Assembly (NCBI RefSeq): GCF_001194135.2
Contig: NC_068993.1
Coordinates: 41,316,179 to 41,350,771, forward strand
DNA from: Octopus bimaculoides
Taxonomy: Eukaryota
Direction: 5' to 3'
Length of the DNA: 34,593 nt
Under the pieces are notes generated by a model. It searched no databases, was not told the DNA's origin, and worked only from the letters and a program-made list of their open reading frames with translations. Numbering within the stretch: the first letter of the stretch is position 1; every line of letters begins with the position of its first letter. Both the position numbers and the translations under genes were made by a program. Of the stretch, positions 1 through 10,730 are shown in pieces.

Positions 1-217
1 GGTCGCTTTTGTTTGTCGACAGCTGGCGGGCTCCACCTCCAGCCGCCGACGCAAAACTTCTTTTTTGTTTTCCTTCTGTTTGAAGGCTTTTCACAGTAGA
101 ATTCGTTGGTTTTCGCGATTCACCTTCAGAAGAATCTGAAACATCTCCAAACAATAAACTTTCAATATTTTTTCCATCGGTTGACTCTTCGCCAGACGAA
201 GATACACTATTCGGCAT
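1..217 (-). CDS. Partial ORF (72 codons, open through the window edge); probable ORF1 N-terminus of a non-LTR retrotransposon
   Basis: ATG at 217-215, then no stop to position 2: MPNSVSSSGEESTDGKNIESLLFGDVSDSSEGESRKPTNSTVKSLQTEGKQKRSFASAAGGGARQLSTNKSD. GC-richer than the flanks, Ser/acidic-rich, with SFASAA resembling the SYAxAA/V motif common in LINE ORF1 N-termini. Product assignment is inference; absent from the ORF track because there is no stop in the window. Confidence 0.4.
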   Translation of the reverse strand, partial: MPNSVSSSGEESTDGKNIESLLFGDVSDSSEGESRKPTNSTVKSLQTEGKQKRSFASAAGGGARQLSTNKSD

Positions 218-422
218 CTTGCCAGCGATTAATGTCTCCCCCACAGGGGAGAACACACGATAGTCTTCGAACGAAGACTATCACACAAATAATTATAACA
301 GGAAATAACACAAGAACAGTCAATATAAACTTGCACTTACTGTACAGACGCACTCAAATAATTACTAATAGATACAAACTCACGGAGCCGCTACACCGCT
401 AAGCACCTCAACCGGTGTCACA
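218..422 (-). mobile_element. Putative 5' UTR of the same element, with two hairpins
   Basis: Lies between the ATG and an abrupt junction with a SINE head at 422/423. Contains an 11-bp perfect inverted repeat (259-269/272-282) and a 7-bp stem (235-241/246-252). Confidence 0.35.
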
Positions 423-482
423 CAGACGAAATACCGCTAAGCATTTTGTCCAGCGTGCTGACGATTCTGCCAGCTGCACACC
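423..482 (-). mobile_element. SINE family A, tRNA-like head only (truncated before the B box)
   Basis: Reverse complement ggtgtgcagctggcagaatcgtcagcacgctggacaaaatgcttagcggtatttcgtctg matches the heads at 1401-1460 and 14500-14563. Confidence 0.85.
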
Positions 483-580
483 TTTTTAATAATAATAATT
501 ATAATGATATCTCTCTCTCTATATATATGTATATATTGATATATGTATATAGACTTGTGTGTGTGTGTGTGTGTGTGTTA

Positions 581-625
581 CTTTTATTCGTTTCAGCCAT
601 GCGGCTGTGGCCATCCTAGAGCACC
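581..625 (-). mobile_element. SINE family B 3' terminal fragment
   Basis: Matches the 3' end of copies at 9495-9560 and 12111-12165 (ggtgctc..gcatggcc.cag....gctgaaac..ataaaag); adjacent (GT)n. Confidence 0.6.
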
Positions 626-959
626 TCAGTATCACATACTTAGTATATATGTTGTGAAATGATACAAAACTGTGGTATTTGGTTTAAAGGAAATCCTTTT
701 CAAGATGCATAGTATGAAAAAACCATCAGACTTCAATGCTTGGCACCAAAACAAATTGCCTTGGAAACGAATGAGTTATCGATATCACGTAGCTATTTTT
801 GTTCATCAGTGTCATATGATTTCCCCACTTCTGAAACGAATGGCAACAACCAGCTAGAAGAATGTTTACACATAGCGTGAAATGTATTTGCCGATGTGCA
901 AAAGCGACGCACAAGTAGAACTGAACAGTGTTCGAATTTCGAGTTAGAAGCAGAGTAAC

Positions 960-1209
960 AGCTCTGTGCCAGTGCAACGTAAAGATCTCTCGTACTGATG
1001 CCACGTAAAAGCGCTCGTGCCGGAGTCGCGTTAAAAGCATTCAGCACACAACGTAAAGTGGTTAGCGCTAGGAAGGGCATCCAGCCACAGAAACCAAACT
1101 AAATCAGACTGGAACCCGATGCAGCTCTCCTGCCTGTCAACTCTGGTCAAACCATCCAACCCATGCCAGCATGGAAAACAGACGTTAAAGTATGATGATG
1201 ATGATGATG
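960..1209 (+). mobile_element. Retroposon 3' end with (GAT)n tail (RTE-type tail suspected)
   Basis: aggaagggcatccagcc...ccatccaacccatgccagcatggaaaacagacgttaaag followed by (GAT)n, preceded by three degenerate ~22-24 nt sub-repeats of the gtgccacgtaaaagc type. Clade assignment is from recalled similarity only. Confidence 0.6.
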
Positions 1210-1400
1210 TTGGTGAAGCAACTCAAAAGTGTAAACATCGTCAAGATCACATAATGTATGTGGGTTGTTGCAAAGCTTCGATATTTTAGGATGGCTCCGA
1301 TATTTTAGGGACGTCTCTTTAAAGGTGTATAGCGTTAAAAAACAGAACCTACTTCAAAGACACTAAGTATATAATATTGATAATATTTACATGTGACCAA

Positions 1401-2285
1401 GGCGGTGAACTGGCAGAAACGTTAGCACGCCGGACGAAATGCTTAGCGGTATTTCGTCTGTTATTTATGTTCTGAGTTCAAATTCCGCCGAGGTCGACTT
1501 TGCCTTTCATCCTTTCGGGGTCGATAAAATAAGTACCAGTTGCTTACTAGGGTCGGTCTAATCGACTGGACTCCTCCCCCAAAACTTCGGGCCTTGTGCC
1601 TAGAGTAGAAATGTTTACGCTCTGAGTTCAAATTCCGCCGAGGTCGACTTTGCCTTTCATCCTTTTGGGGTCGATGAAATAAGTACCAGTTGCATACTGA
1701 GTCGATCTAATCGACTGGCCCCCTCCCTCAAAACTTCGGGCCTTGTGCCTAGAGTAGAAAAGATTACGCTCTGAGTTCAAATTCCGCCGAGGTCGACTTT
1801 GCCTTTCATCCTTTCGGGGTCGATAAAATAAGTACCAGTTGCGTACTAGGGTCGATCTAATCGACTGGCCCCCTCCCCCAAAGCTTCGGGCCTTGTGCCT
1901 AGAGTAGAAAAGATTACGCTCTGAGTTCAAATTCCGCCGAGGTCGACTTTGCCTTTCATCCTTTTGGGGTCGATGAAATAAGTACCAGCTACGCACTGGG
2001 GTCGATATAATCGACTTAATCCATTTGTCTGTCCTTGTTTGCTCCCTCCGTGTGTAGCCCTCTGTGGGCAGTAAAGAAATAAGAAACATTAGAACGCCGA
2101 GCGAAATGCTTAGCGGTATTTCGTCTGTCTTTATGTTCTGAGTTCAAATTCCGTCGAGGCCGACTTTGCCTTTCATCCTTTCGGGGTCGATAAATTAAGT
2201 ACCTGTTGCCTACTGGGGTTGATCTACTCGACTGGCCCTCTTCCTTAAAATTTCGGGCCTTGTGCCTAGAGTTGAAAAGAATATT
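1401..2285 (+). mobile_element. Head-to-tail tandem array of SINE family A
   Basis: Full head at 1401 (A-box-like tggcagaaacgttag, B-box-like gagttcaaattcc). The motif tctgagttcaaattccgccgagg recurs at 1471, 1621, 1770 and 1920 (period 149-150). Unit 4 has a different tail, to ~2087, followed by a 5'-clipped copy 2088-2285. Confidence 0.95.
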
Positions 2286-3827
2286 TTCAAGTAACGAGGG
2301 ACACAGATTATATTTAAGATCATCGCGAATATATTCCACGTCTTTATTAGAACATTACGTAACGTTATAGGTGTAGGAGCCATCTTTATTGCACGTATGG
2401 AAATACCCACAAATTTTGACAAAGTCTTTTAAATAATAATTCTTTATTATATATAAATAACACGCTTAGGTGTATACTTTCAGTTTATTTATTATTCCTA
2501 TTTCGAAGTCTATTTGCTTTGCCAATGTTGCCGTTGTTTTTTGCAATTGCTGTTATTATCATTTTGGGTAGCAATCAGTTAATCATAATAATAATATTGC
2601 GTTAACAATAAGTTTTAAAAGTTAACGTTTAAATACAAGGCAAAGATTTAAAAAGTTGTACAGATGCATCTATCTCCCCGTCAGCCCCCTTTGTCATTGG
2701 CACCCACATAAACGTTTCTACCGTCCCAGTTGGTGGTACCGAATGATGCTTTAAAACGCAGAAATTAACAAGAAGGGTCAACTAAGTTAAATCTTGGAGA
2801 TGTCACTATTCTAACTGTGCACCTAAAGAAACTGCGTAAAGATATTTAAACAGAAATCATAAGATTTCAAAGAAGCTCCAGATATTTAACTATTTTATAA
2901 TATATTCTGTATTATCTATCCGATTCAATCTATCATGAATGGCGTGCATCAACTATTTCCAGTACCGTTTTTCAATTTAACAGAACCGCAGTGGAACTAC
3001 TATTGGCTTATCTTCAGTTGATTAACTTCATTGGTTTTCATCTGCAAGGCATTTCGTTATATACTCTCTTCCATGCAATAGTTTTTATATCTTGTGTATA
3101 TTTGCTTTACAATATATTCACAGTGTTATCAAATTTGGGAAAGGAGCCATTTTCAGGTCTATTGAATGCGGTCAAATTATTGTCAATTGTTAGCTTAACT
3201 TGGAAATACTACAGTAATAAAAATGGTGTGTGCATTTTTAATAGCCAAACTGTTTGTCATGTTAAAACAGCGCAACCATTAGACGTAATAGAAAAATCTT
3301 AAAATACTTTGCCTGCAGTATAGAATGCGATAAATATATTGAGTAGAAAGTAGGCAGATCTTTAAGGTTTCAATAGTCTTTCAAGATGGCTACAATTACA
3401 GACTGGATAATAAAGGAAGTTTTAAGAATAGGCTAATATTATCTTTGGTACAGAGTAAAACGTTTCCAAGAAATCATCCGCATACTTGGTACAAAATCCA
3501 AATATTCTCATAAAATATGTATATGGTTGAATGTAGAAAATATTTTTATAGAACGTATTAGACAAAGAAGAATTTCAGTTGTGCCATATCACCTATGACA
3601 GTCACTAATGAACTTTTGAACTAAAATATCTTATTCAATTTGAATTAGAATGAGTTCAAATTCTTTTTATTCAGAATGCTTTATGGAACATTAAGAAGCA
3701 TTATGATGCAGCGAGGTCCTCGACTGCGAGTCTCTCCTTTATACTGTGATAGAAAGGGGAAAAAAATGTTGAATGAAAGATATCTAATATTTTCTCTGTT
3801 GTTAAAAATTAAACATTCTTCGAACAG

Positions 3828-3897
3828 CAAATAGAATTATCGGTAGCAGAAGGATTAAGTAGTCCTTGTATTTCCAAGCACAAACAAGGCTGCGGCA
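3828..3897 (+). other. Candidate 70-nt exon (unverified)
   Basis: ...cattcttcgaacag| acceptor and |gtaagt consensus donor at 3898-3903. Only frame 0 is open (QIELSVAEGLSSPCISKHKQGCG). No recognisable protein. Confidence 0.2.
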
Positions 3898-4815
3898 GTA
3901 AGTTGCTGAACTTTCGCAGAGAAGTAAAAAATAAAAACAATTCCATTGTAAACTCAAATAAATATCTGAATATTCATTAAGAAGCCAACGAAAATAATTA
4001 TGTTGCAGGTTTCACTGAATAGTTAATCAACTCTAACCTGACTTCATACTTTACTAAACACCTGCAAAGAACCTACTAAGTACAAACACTACTTTAAGGA
4101 TGTCAATAAAGACACACGCGCGCACACGCACACACACAAACACATACATACACACATGCATACAAACATAGATATATGCTATGTCGCATCGTTGACTAGG
4201 TTTTGTGATAAAGAACAACTGTTAATAGCATAGTTTCTTTGAAAGATAGATAATATATATGCCTTTGAGAGGTAATGGAACTGTGAAGATGCAGACACTC
4301 TTTAATTCAGCAGACTCACTTTGAGAAAATGAAAGTATCTAAATAGCTAAATGCATCTAGCAATATAACATTTTGGGAAATAGCAGTTTCTTATTTTTCT
4401 ACAGGTGTTTAAAGTAAAACAACAACAAAAAATAATTAAATAAATAAAATAAAAAACACAGCAACAAAAATAACCAAGTTTTGATGCCAACTAGAGATGT
4501 ATAATCTTGTTTTCGAGTTGATTAGAATTATGCACGCAATAAGATAAAATTCTTTTCGAATATTAGCTAATAGACGGCCAATATTCATAGACTGAAAGAA
4601 AATATCGTTGCTGTAACATGAATTGTTCGTAATGAATAAAAAGACTTGTAAACGTTCTCTGCTTTCTGCGAAATACACTAACGTGGAATATTAGGATTTC
4701 GGTAGCGTACAAAAAGATAATTTTCATTTTTGCTTGCGTTAACTATTTTAGTCTTGTGTTGTGTATCACTTATTTCAGCTTCAGAAACATTAGCATATCA
4801 CGGGTGGGACCTACT

Positions 4816-4944
4816 TCATCAATCATCATCATCATCATCATCATCACCGACATTATCATTATCATCATCATCCTGAATTAGCCTTCCCCTTCTCCTGATC
4901 ATCACCAACATCACCATCACCACCACCACCATCACCACCACTAC

Positions 4945-4985
<41 letters not shown>

Positions 4986-4991
4986 CCATAG

Positions 4992-5025
<34 letters not shown>

Positions 5026-5036
5026 TGTCATTATCA
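4816..5036. repeat. Compound (CAT)n/(CAC)n trinucleotide microsatellite
   Basis: Directly visible; explains the poly-Met/Val/Asp ORF 4819-5079. Possibly the expanded (ATG)n tail of the adjacent minus-strand retroposon. Confidence 0.95.
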
Positions 5037-5039
5037 ACC

Positions 5040-5200
5040 TCTGGGTATTACTCTCCCGAGTCACAGGGCTCGTGCTCATTCACCTGGTTACCCAGTTTCT
5101 ATGGCGCATAAGGGACCGAAATCAGAACATTCTTCCTGAACGGGATTCCGTTCCGTTGCAGGGTTACTCAATTACAGCCGAGTGTACTGGATCATGGGTT
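5040..5200 (-). mobile_element. Degenerate SINE 3' fragment (family C-like)
   Basis: ttgcagggttactcaattacagccgagtgtactgga resembles the reverse complement of the ccagttcactcaactggcaaaaatgagt core at 31084-31132; sits beside the (CAT)n tract. Confidence 0.4.
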
Positions 5201-5399
5201 TAATACCCTAAACACTATGTCACGCGCCATCACTAAGCTTTCTTCGGTGGTAAGTAAAAATTAAACCTAGCTCTCTATACATTACATATGAAGACCCTAG
5301 TAAGTCTTGAGTAGACTGGTTTTCAGTGTGCTAAGTATAACCAAAGAAAAGACCTTATTTCTCTTATACTCTGAAATTAACTGCGTTGAATGGTTGCAT

Positions 5400-5698
5400 A
5401 GTGGACAACATCAGGGAATTGGTTTATATTTCAAGCTTTCAGGTTCACAAGGCCGAATTTTATCCGGGCCTACAAGACATTTAGACTGAAAGGACAAGAT
5501 ACCCCTACACCACCTTGAACGAGCCGCCAATCCGCTGCAGTGATAAATCCCAAGTACCACTGGTGTTTGTTTTTAGCAGATTACTCTGCAGCAATGTGAA
5601 ATGAAGTGCTTTGCTTAAGGACAACACATGCTACCTGGTCAAAGAACCGAACCCACCACCCGATGATCCCGAGCCCAACAATCTAACCGTTGAGCCAG
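5400..5698 (-). mobile_element. SINE family C copy
   Basis: Reverse complement starts tggctcaacggttagattgttgggctcgggatcatcgggtggtgggttcggttc (tRNA-like), then tgtgttgtccttaagcaaagcacttcatttcacattgct, similar to 31066-31105. Left boundary approximate. Confidence 0.6.
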
Positions 5699-6379
5699 TT
5701 ATAACGTTCACTTGTGTTGTGGTGACAGACATTAACACCCCTGCGTTGATTTAAGAGTGGACTCATCGAACTCTTATAAAAAGTAACGTGTTTCGTTCAG
5801 ACAGGAAGACGGCGTTGGAGTCTCACGTGTTGGTTGTAGGAAGTTACGTCTGTGAATACATTGCTTTAGGCCTGCTTCGTTAAAATCATATATTCGCGAT
5901 CAAAGAATACAAAAACTTGTTAACACTAACCTTCCTTAAACCCCATTCAGCAGAACATATGGACATTTAAAAAGAGCATTTCTGAAAATTATAGATTATA
6001 GTTGTAGTATTTAAACTTTCTTGGAAAAGATAGAACATTGATTGAACGTTTATCAGGCAACGGGTGGTAATTGTTACTTTGTAACATCATTTTCGATCGA
6101 TGTATTTTTCCTCTTTTTTATTCTATTTTATTTTATTTTCTTGCTCTTCTGTACATTGCATTATCTCTGAACAGTTCTGATAGCATAAAACTTTTTTCCG
6201 TGAGAATGCGTTGCTAGCTCCAGCTTGGCTTTGAAGTCTTCGTCATTTCCAGAAACAAAAATGGTGTGATTGCCCCCACCCATGAGTGTTCTCACAGCGC
6301 AACGTAGCTGATTACGAGGGATTAGTTTTTTTCCTTGGGGCTGGCCAGATTGGAGCAATATCGAGAATAACCAGCCGAA

Positions 6380-6532
6380 ATTGCAAGGATAATCTGGATC
6401 TCGACTGAAAAGAGAAAACTCCGAATGACCTGTCCGTGTTTTCTTTGTATCGAATATCTGGATGTTTTGTCCCTTTCTTGTATCACCTAACTGTCTGGGT
6501 GTTTTGTGTTCGTGTCCCATTCTGTATTATTT
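6380..6532 (+). mobile_element. Possible Penelope-like terminal-repeat fragment ending at (TA)n
   Basis: T-rich gtttt/ctgtc composition and termination in (TA)n resemble the HHR-bearing fragments at 10731 and 13572; no intact hammerhead seen. Confidence 0.25.
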
Positions 6533-6582
6533 TATATATATATATGTATATATATATAGCGGCGTACGTACACTTTGTCTCC

Positions 6583-6658
<76 letters not shown>

Positions 6659-6720
6659 NNNNNNNNNNGAGAGAGAGAGAGAGAGAGAGACAGACAGAGG
6701 GAGAGAGACGGCGAGAGTTA
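6533..6720. repeat. (TA)n/(GA)n compound microsatellite with 10-N gap at 6659-6668
   Basis: Directly visible. Confidence 0.95.
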
Positions 6721-6809
6721 AAGGAGAGAGAGATAAAAGAGAGAAAGATAAGAGAGGGTAAGAGAGAAGGGAAAGAGCGGGTGCGAGATGAATTTGGTTT
6801 CAATACTTA

Positions 6810-6960
6810 TACTTAATTGATACATTATTTATCGATCCACAAAAAAAATAAGTAAAGCTTCGGTTGGATTTGAAACCGAAACCACTCAGAAGCAAAACAT
6901 ATACCACGAGAGATTCTACCCGAATCCCTAACGATTTTGCTCATTCATCACCCTTAAACT
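6810..6960 (-). mobile_element. Old, degenerate SINE family A copy
   Basis: tacattatttatcgatccac...ggatttgaaacc...taacgattttgctcattcatcacc aligns loosely to the reverse complement of the family A body, B box and head. Confidence 0.5.
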
Positions 6961-7439
6961 GTGCCAATCTGCAATAAATGATCAATATTGATCACTATGT
7001 AGTCCAATGTATTTTTATTTTATAAGTATTGGATCGATAAAATATTGGCGATGTACAGGAATCGATTACAACGCACGTCTGAGTGTCAATGAAAGAGATC
7101 AATGAAGATTCTCTACAGAATTGTCAAACATTTTGCAGCATAGAAAAGAATTGATGCTTTCTTATACTATGAGTAAATATTCCTTGTACAGAGAGCTGGG
7201 TGATTTACTGCTTCATCACAGAAGGAGGGACGGCGTTCATGGACATTTATACTGTAAGGGCTTCCGGGAACCCTGACCGGACAACTTGGGAGAGAGTAAA
7301 CTTCGCAAAAGTAACCTAGTAGCGTGATATGGTGCTAAACCGAGCGAGTGATCAAGTTCATCACAGGAATTTATAACTCGAAGAGTTGAAACAGATGCAA
7401 GTAATCTCGTACGTTGATGCCCAAACCATCACCCGCTCT

Positions 7440-7565
7440 GGACTGGTATTCTATTTTAACATATAAGGGACAAGAAAATAAGTGGTGCCACTAAAGGAAT
7501 TTGAACTTGGAGAGCTGAAACAAACATGATAAGTTATTATATCTTGCGCTCAAAAAAATTGAACC
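7440..7565 (-). mobile_element. Highly degenerate SINE family A fragment
   Basis: ctggtattctattttaac...ggaatttgaact corresponds to the reversed B box and central segment. Confidence 0.35.
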
Positions 7566-8763
7566 GATCCATAACATGGCTACACTTGTTTCCATACGCA
7601 AACAAGGATAGTTAAGTATGCAGATTGGTGTGGAAGCTGTTTCGTAGCTCTAGCTTTCTATTCCTTACCATAATCTATTTAGTGTACAATACTGATTTCT
7701 AACATAACATGGTGAAAAATTGAATCAGCCTTGGTTCTTGAAAAGCAAAATTTACACAAATCAGAATCGAACTCGGAATATTAAACTTATAACGCGAAAT
7801 GTCGATAGGTATTTCGTCCAACGCTTTCCCGATCCTGTAAATCTACCTGGGTTTTATTTTCTTTTTTATTGTGCTACAGTATCTACAAAATGTATTGAAA
7901 TGAATCATCATCGTTCAATGAATGAAATATGTAAGGAAAACTATGTGAAATTCATTTAGATATTAAACATACAAGCAGTAATTCATATGAAATTATTTGG
8001 TTTCAGTTGCTTGAGGAAGAAGTAATGATGAAAATGTTTCTTAACAACTTCTGTTACTTTAGGCAATATTGCATTAGTTTCTTGTGATGCTATTTCTAGA
8101 GTTAGAACAGCCATGTTTACTGTCGGCAAACATTAACGTATATCAATTTGAAATCTCATACATTAGAGTTCAAATCCCACTGGATTCGATTCGACTCTAT
8201 CGTTTCAAGTCTGATGAAAATAAATACATCTTATATAGTTTATCAGAGAATGGATATGCAGACATACGTACACACACGCGCACATACACGCCACGCGCGC
8301 GCAAACACACCCACACACACAGACAGTCAGCTAGATAGATAAATATTCACATACATACTTACATACATGCAGATATATTTATTTACACATTACAAAGCCA
8401 GACTGTGAGTTAAATAAAAGTGTAAACCGTTACTTCTATATTATCAATGTACAAAAAAAAAAAAAGAAAGAAAACAAGAGGGAAGGAGTCTGCTGACGGC
8501 CCTGACGAACCATTTCACGGCCTGCTGGTCACTCCTCGGAAAAGACGAACCACGTGTCTTTGACCAAACACTAGGTAACAAAGATCTACTATAAACAGAT
8601 GTATTATATATACATATTTGCAAATGTTAATGCATACATACATATGTACATACATGCATATATACATTTATTTCTATATATTTATGTGTCTAGTATATCA
8701 TAATTTCCCGCTGTCTCCGCCAATGACAGAAAGCGTCTCGATATGAAATAGTTACGTCCAGCT

Positions 8764-8922
8764 GCAGGCGTGGCTGTGTGGTAAGAAACTTGCTTCCCAA
8801 ACACATGGTTCCTGGTTCAATCCCACTGTGTGGCAACTTGGGTAAGTGTCTTCTACTATAGCCTCGGTCCAACCAAAGCCTTGTGAGTGAATTTGGGAGA
8901 CGAAAACTGAAAGAAGCCCGTC

Positions 8923-8960
<38 letters not shown>

Positions 8961-9300
8961 NNNNNNNNNNNNNNNNNNNNNNNNNNNNNNNNNNNNNNNN
9001 NNNNNNNNNNNNNNNNNNNNNNNNNNNNNNNNNNNNNNNNNNNNNNNNNNNNNNNNNNNNNNNNNNNNNNNNNNNNNNNNNNNNNNNNNNNNNNNNNNNN
9101 NNNNNNNNNNNNNNNNNNNNNNNNNNNNNNNNNNNNNNNNNNNNNNNNNNNNNNNNNNNNNNNNNNNNNNNNNNNNNNNNNNNNNNNNNNNNNNNNNNNN
9201 NNNNNNNNNNNNNNNNNNNNNNNNNNNNNNNNNNNNNNNNNNNNNNNNNNNNNNNNNNNNNNNNNNNNNNNNNNNNNNNNNNNNNNNNNNNNNNNNNNNN

Positions 9301-9336
<36 letters not shown>

Positions 9337-9562
9337 TTTGTGCCTGTGTTTGTCCACCACCACCACCACCACCACCATCATTGCTTGACAATCGATGCTG
9401 GTATGCTTACGTCCCAGTAACTTAGCGGTGCGGTTCAGCAAAAGAGAGCGATAGAATAAGTCTTGGAGTCGATTTCTCGACTATAAACCCTTCAAGGCGG
9501 TGCTCCAACATGGCCGCAGTCAAATGACTGAAGCATGTAAAAGAGTAAAAGAATAAAAGAAT
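8764..9562 (+). mobile_element. SINE family B (tRNA head, CORE-like central domain, internal microsatellite)
   Basis: Head gcgtggctgtgtggtaag...ggttcaatccc, then caacttgggtaagtgtcttctactatagcctc; internal (TA)n-gap-(TG)n-(CCA)n; 3' end gcatggccgcagtcaaatgactgaa..taaaagagtaaaag. Colinear with 12111-12500 and 32598-32976. May be one of the described Octopus OR/OK SINEs; not verifiable here. Confidence 0.9.
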
Positions 9563-10179
9563 AGCATTCGAACTCTGGTAAGAGCATTCAGAGGAAGCTT
9601 TGTCAAGACTTGTCCATGCTGTGATGCTATTTCTCTATCTCTCAGGTTGCCGAACTCTATTCCTATTTCCATCAATCATACCTTCCAAATAGATCTTGCT
9701 GACGCTACAAACCATTCGCTCAACGTGGCCAAGCAGCTGGAGTGCTTTATTTTTGATGACAGAGATGATTGATGGTAGTTTGGTTTATTTGTCTTAGATC
9801 TTCGATTCTGACAAGGTCTGAGATTGTGGTGTTTAGTGATAAGTCGCATTACATGATTCTAAGCGGCTTCCAGCTTCTGTAGTGCAACAAAAGTCCAGTT
9901 GACACATTCTAGCCCACATAAGACTGCTGGAAAGAATATAGATGTTGTAAGATGCTTGCTTTTATGTGTTAGCTATACATGTGCTGCATACACTTTACGC
10001 TGACTACACTTCGACTGTATTTAATATTTTCAAAGTGTGTTGCTAAAATACATCATGTTATAATTGCATTTCAAGCTGCTTCTAACATTCAAAGACTAAA
10101 ACACACATGCAGACAGACAGACACAAACACACGGTCACACACACACATACAAAAGCATATACACATTATAAACACACAC

Positions 10180-10228
<49 letters not shown>

Positions 10229-10730
10229 CACGCATAGGAATATGTATATACGTATATATATATGTAATATATAGATGTATATACATGTACTAATACACAC
10301 ACACACATATATATATATANNNNNNNNNNNNNNNNNNNNNNNNNNNNNNNNNNNNNNNNNNNNNNNNNNNNNNNNNNNNNNNNNNNNNNNNNNNNNNNNN
10401 NNNNNNNNNNNNNNNNNNNNNNNNNNNNNNNNNNNNNNNNNNNNNNNNNNNNNNNNNNNNNNNNNNNNNNNNNNNNNNNNNNNNNNNNNNNNNNNNNNNN
10501 NNNNNNNNNNNNNNNNNNNNNNNNNNNNNNNNNNNNNNNNNNNNNNNNNNNNNNNNNNNNNNNNNNNNNNNNNNNNNNNNNNNNNNNNNNNNNNNNNNNN
10601 NNNNNNNNNNNNNNNNNNNNNNNNNNNNNNNNNNNNNNNNNNNNNNNNNNNNNNNNNNNNNNNNNNNNNNNNNNNNNNNNNNNNNNNNNNNNNNNNNNNN
10701 NNNNNATATATATATATATATATATATATA

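Noticed and set aside
380-422. HDV-like ribozyme at the LINE 5' end (acaccg..cggtgt stem)
   Set aside because: Only 14 nt between the putative P1 strands, too short for P2+P3+L3.
1279-1309. 12-bp direct repeat cgatattttagg x2
   Set aside because: Isolated small duplication with no supporting structure.
1471-2010. CRISPR-like or tRNA gene array
   Set aside because: Units are near-identical full SINE bodies with no unique spacers; no complete tRNA cloverleaf; eukaryotic context.
1628-2339. Repetitive ORFs of 153 and 107 aa
   Set aside because: Antisense translation of the SINE tandem array.
4819-5079. Poly-Met/Val/Asp ORF
   Set aside because: Translation of a (CAT)n/(CAC)n microsatellite.
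6405-6440. Hammerhead-like ctgaaaa-gag-aaaa-ctc-cgaatgacc
   Set aside because: Lacks G8 and a GAAA, and no stem I partner could be found.
6161-6520. 119-aa minus-strand ORF and possible exon after ctaat...cag
   Set aside because: No recognisable domain, half overlaps a repeat-like fragment, and no donor site found.
8470-8575. GC-richer island as a possible exon
   Set aside because: No consistent acceptor/donor pair with an open frame on either strand.
9587-9800. Strong acceptor (tttctctatctctcag) or L2/CR1 RT C-terminal remnant (SEEALSRLVHAVML)
   Set aside because: Stops in all three frames before a good donor; protein resemblance too weak to support.
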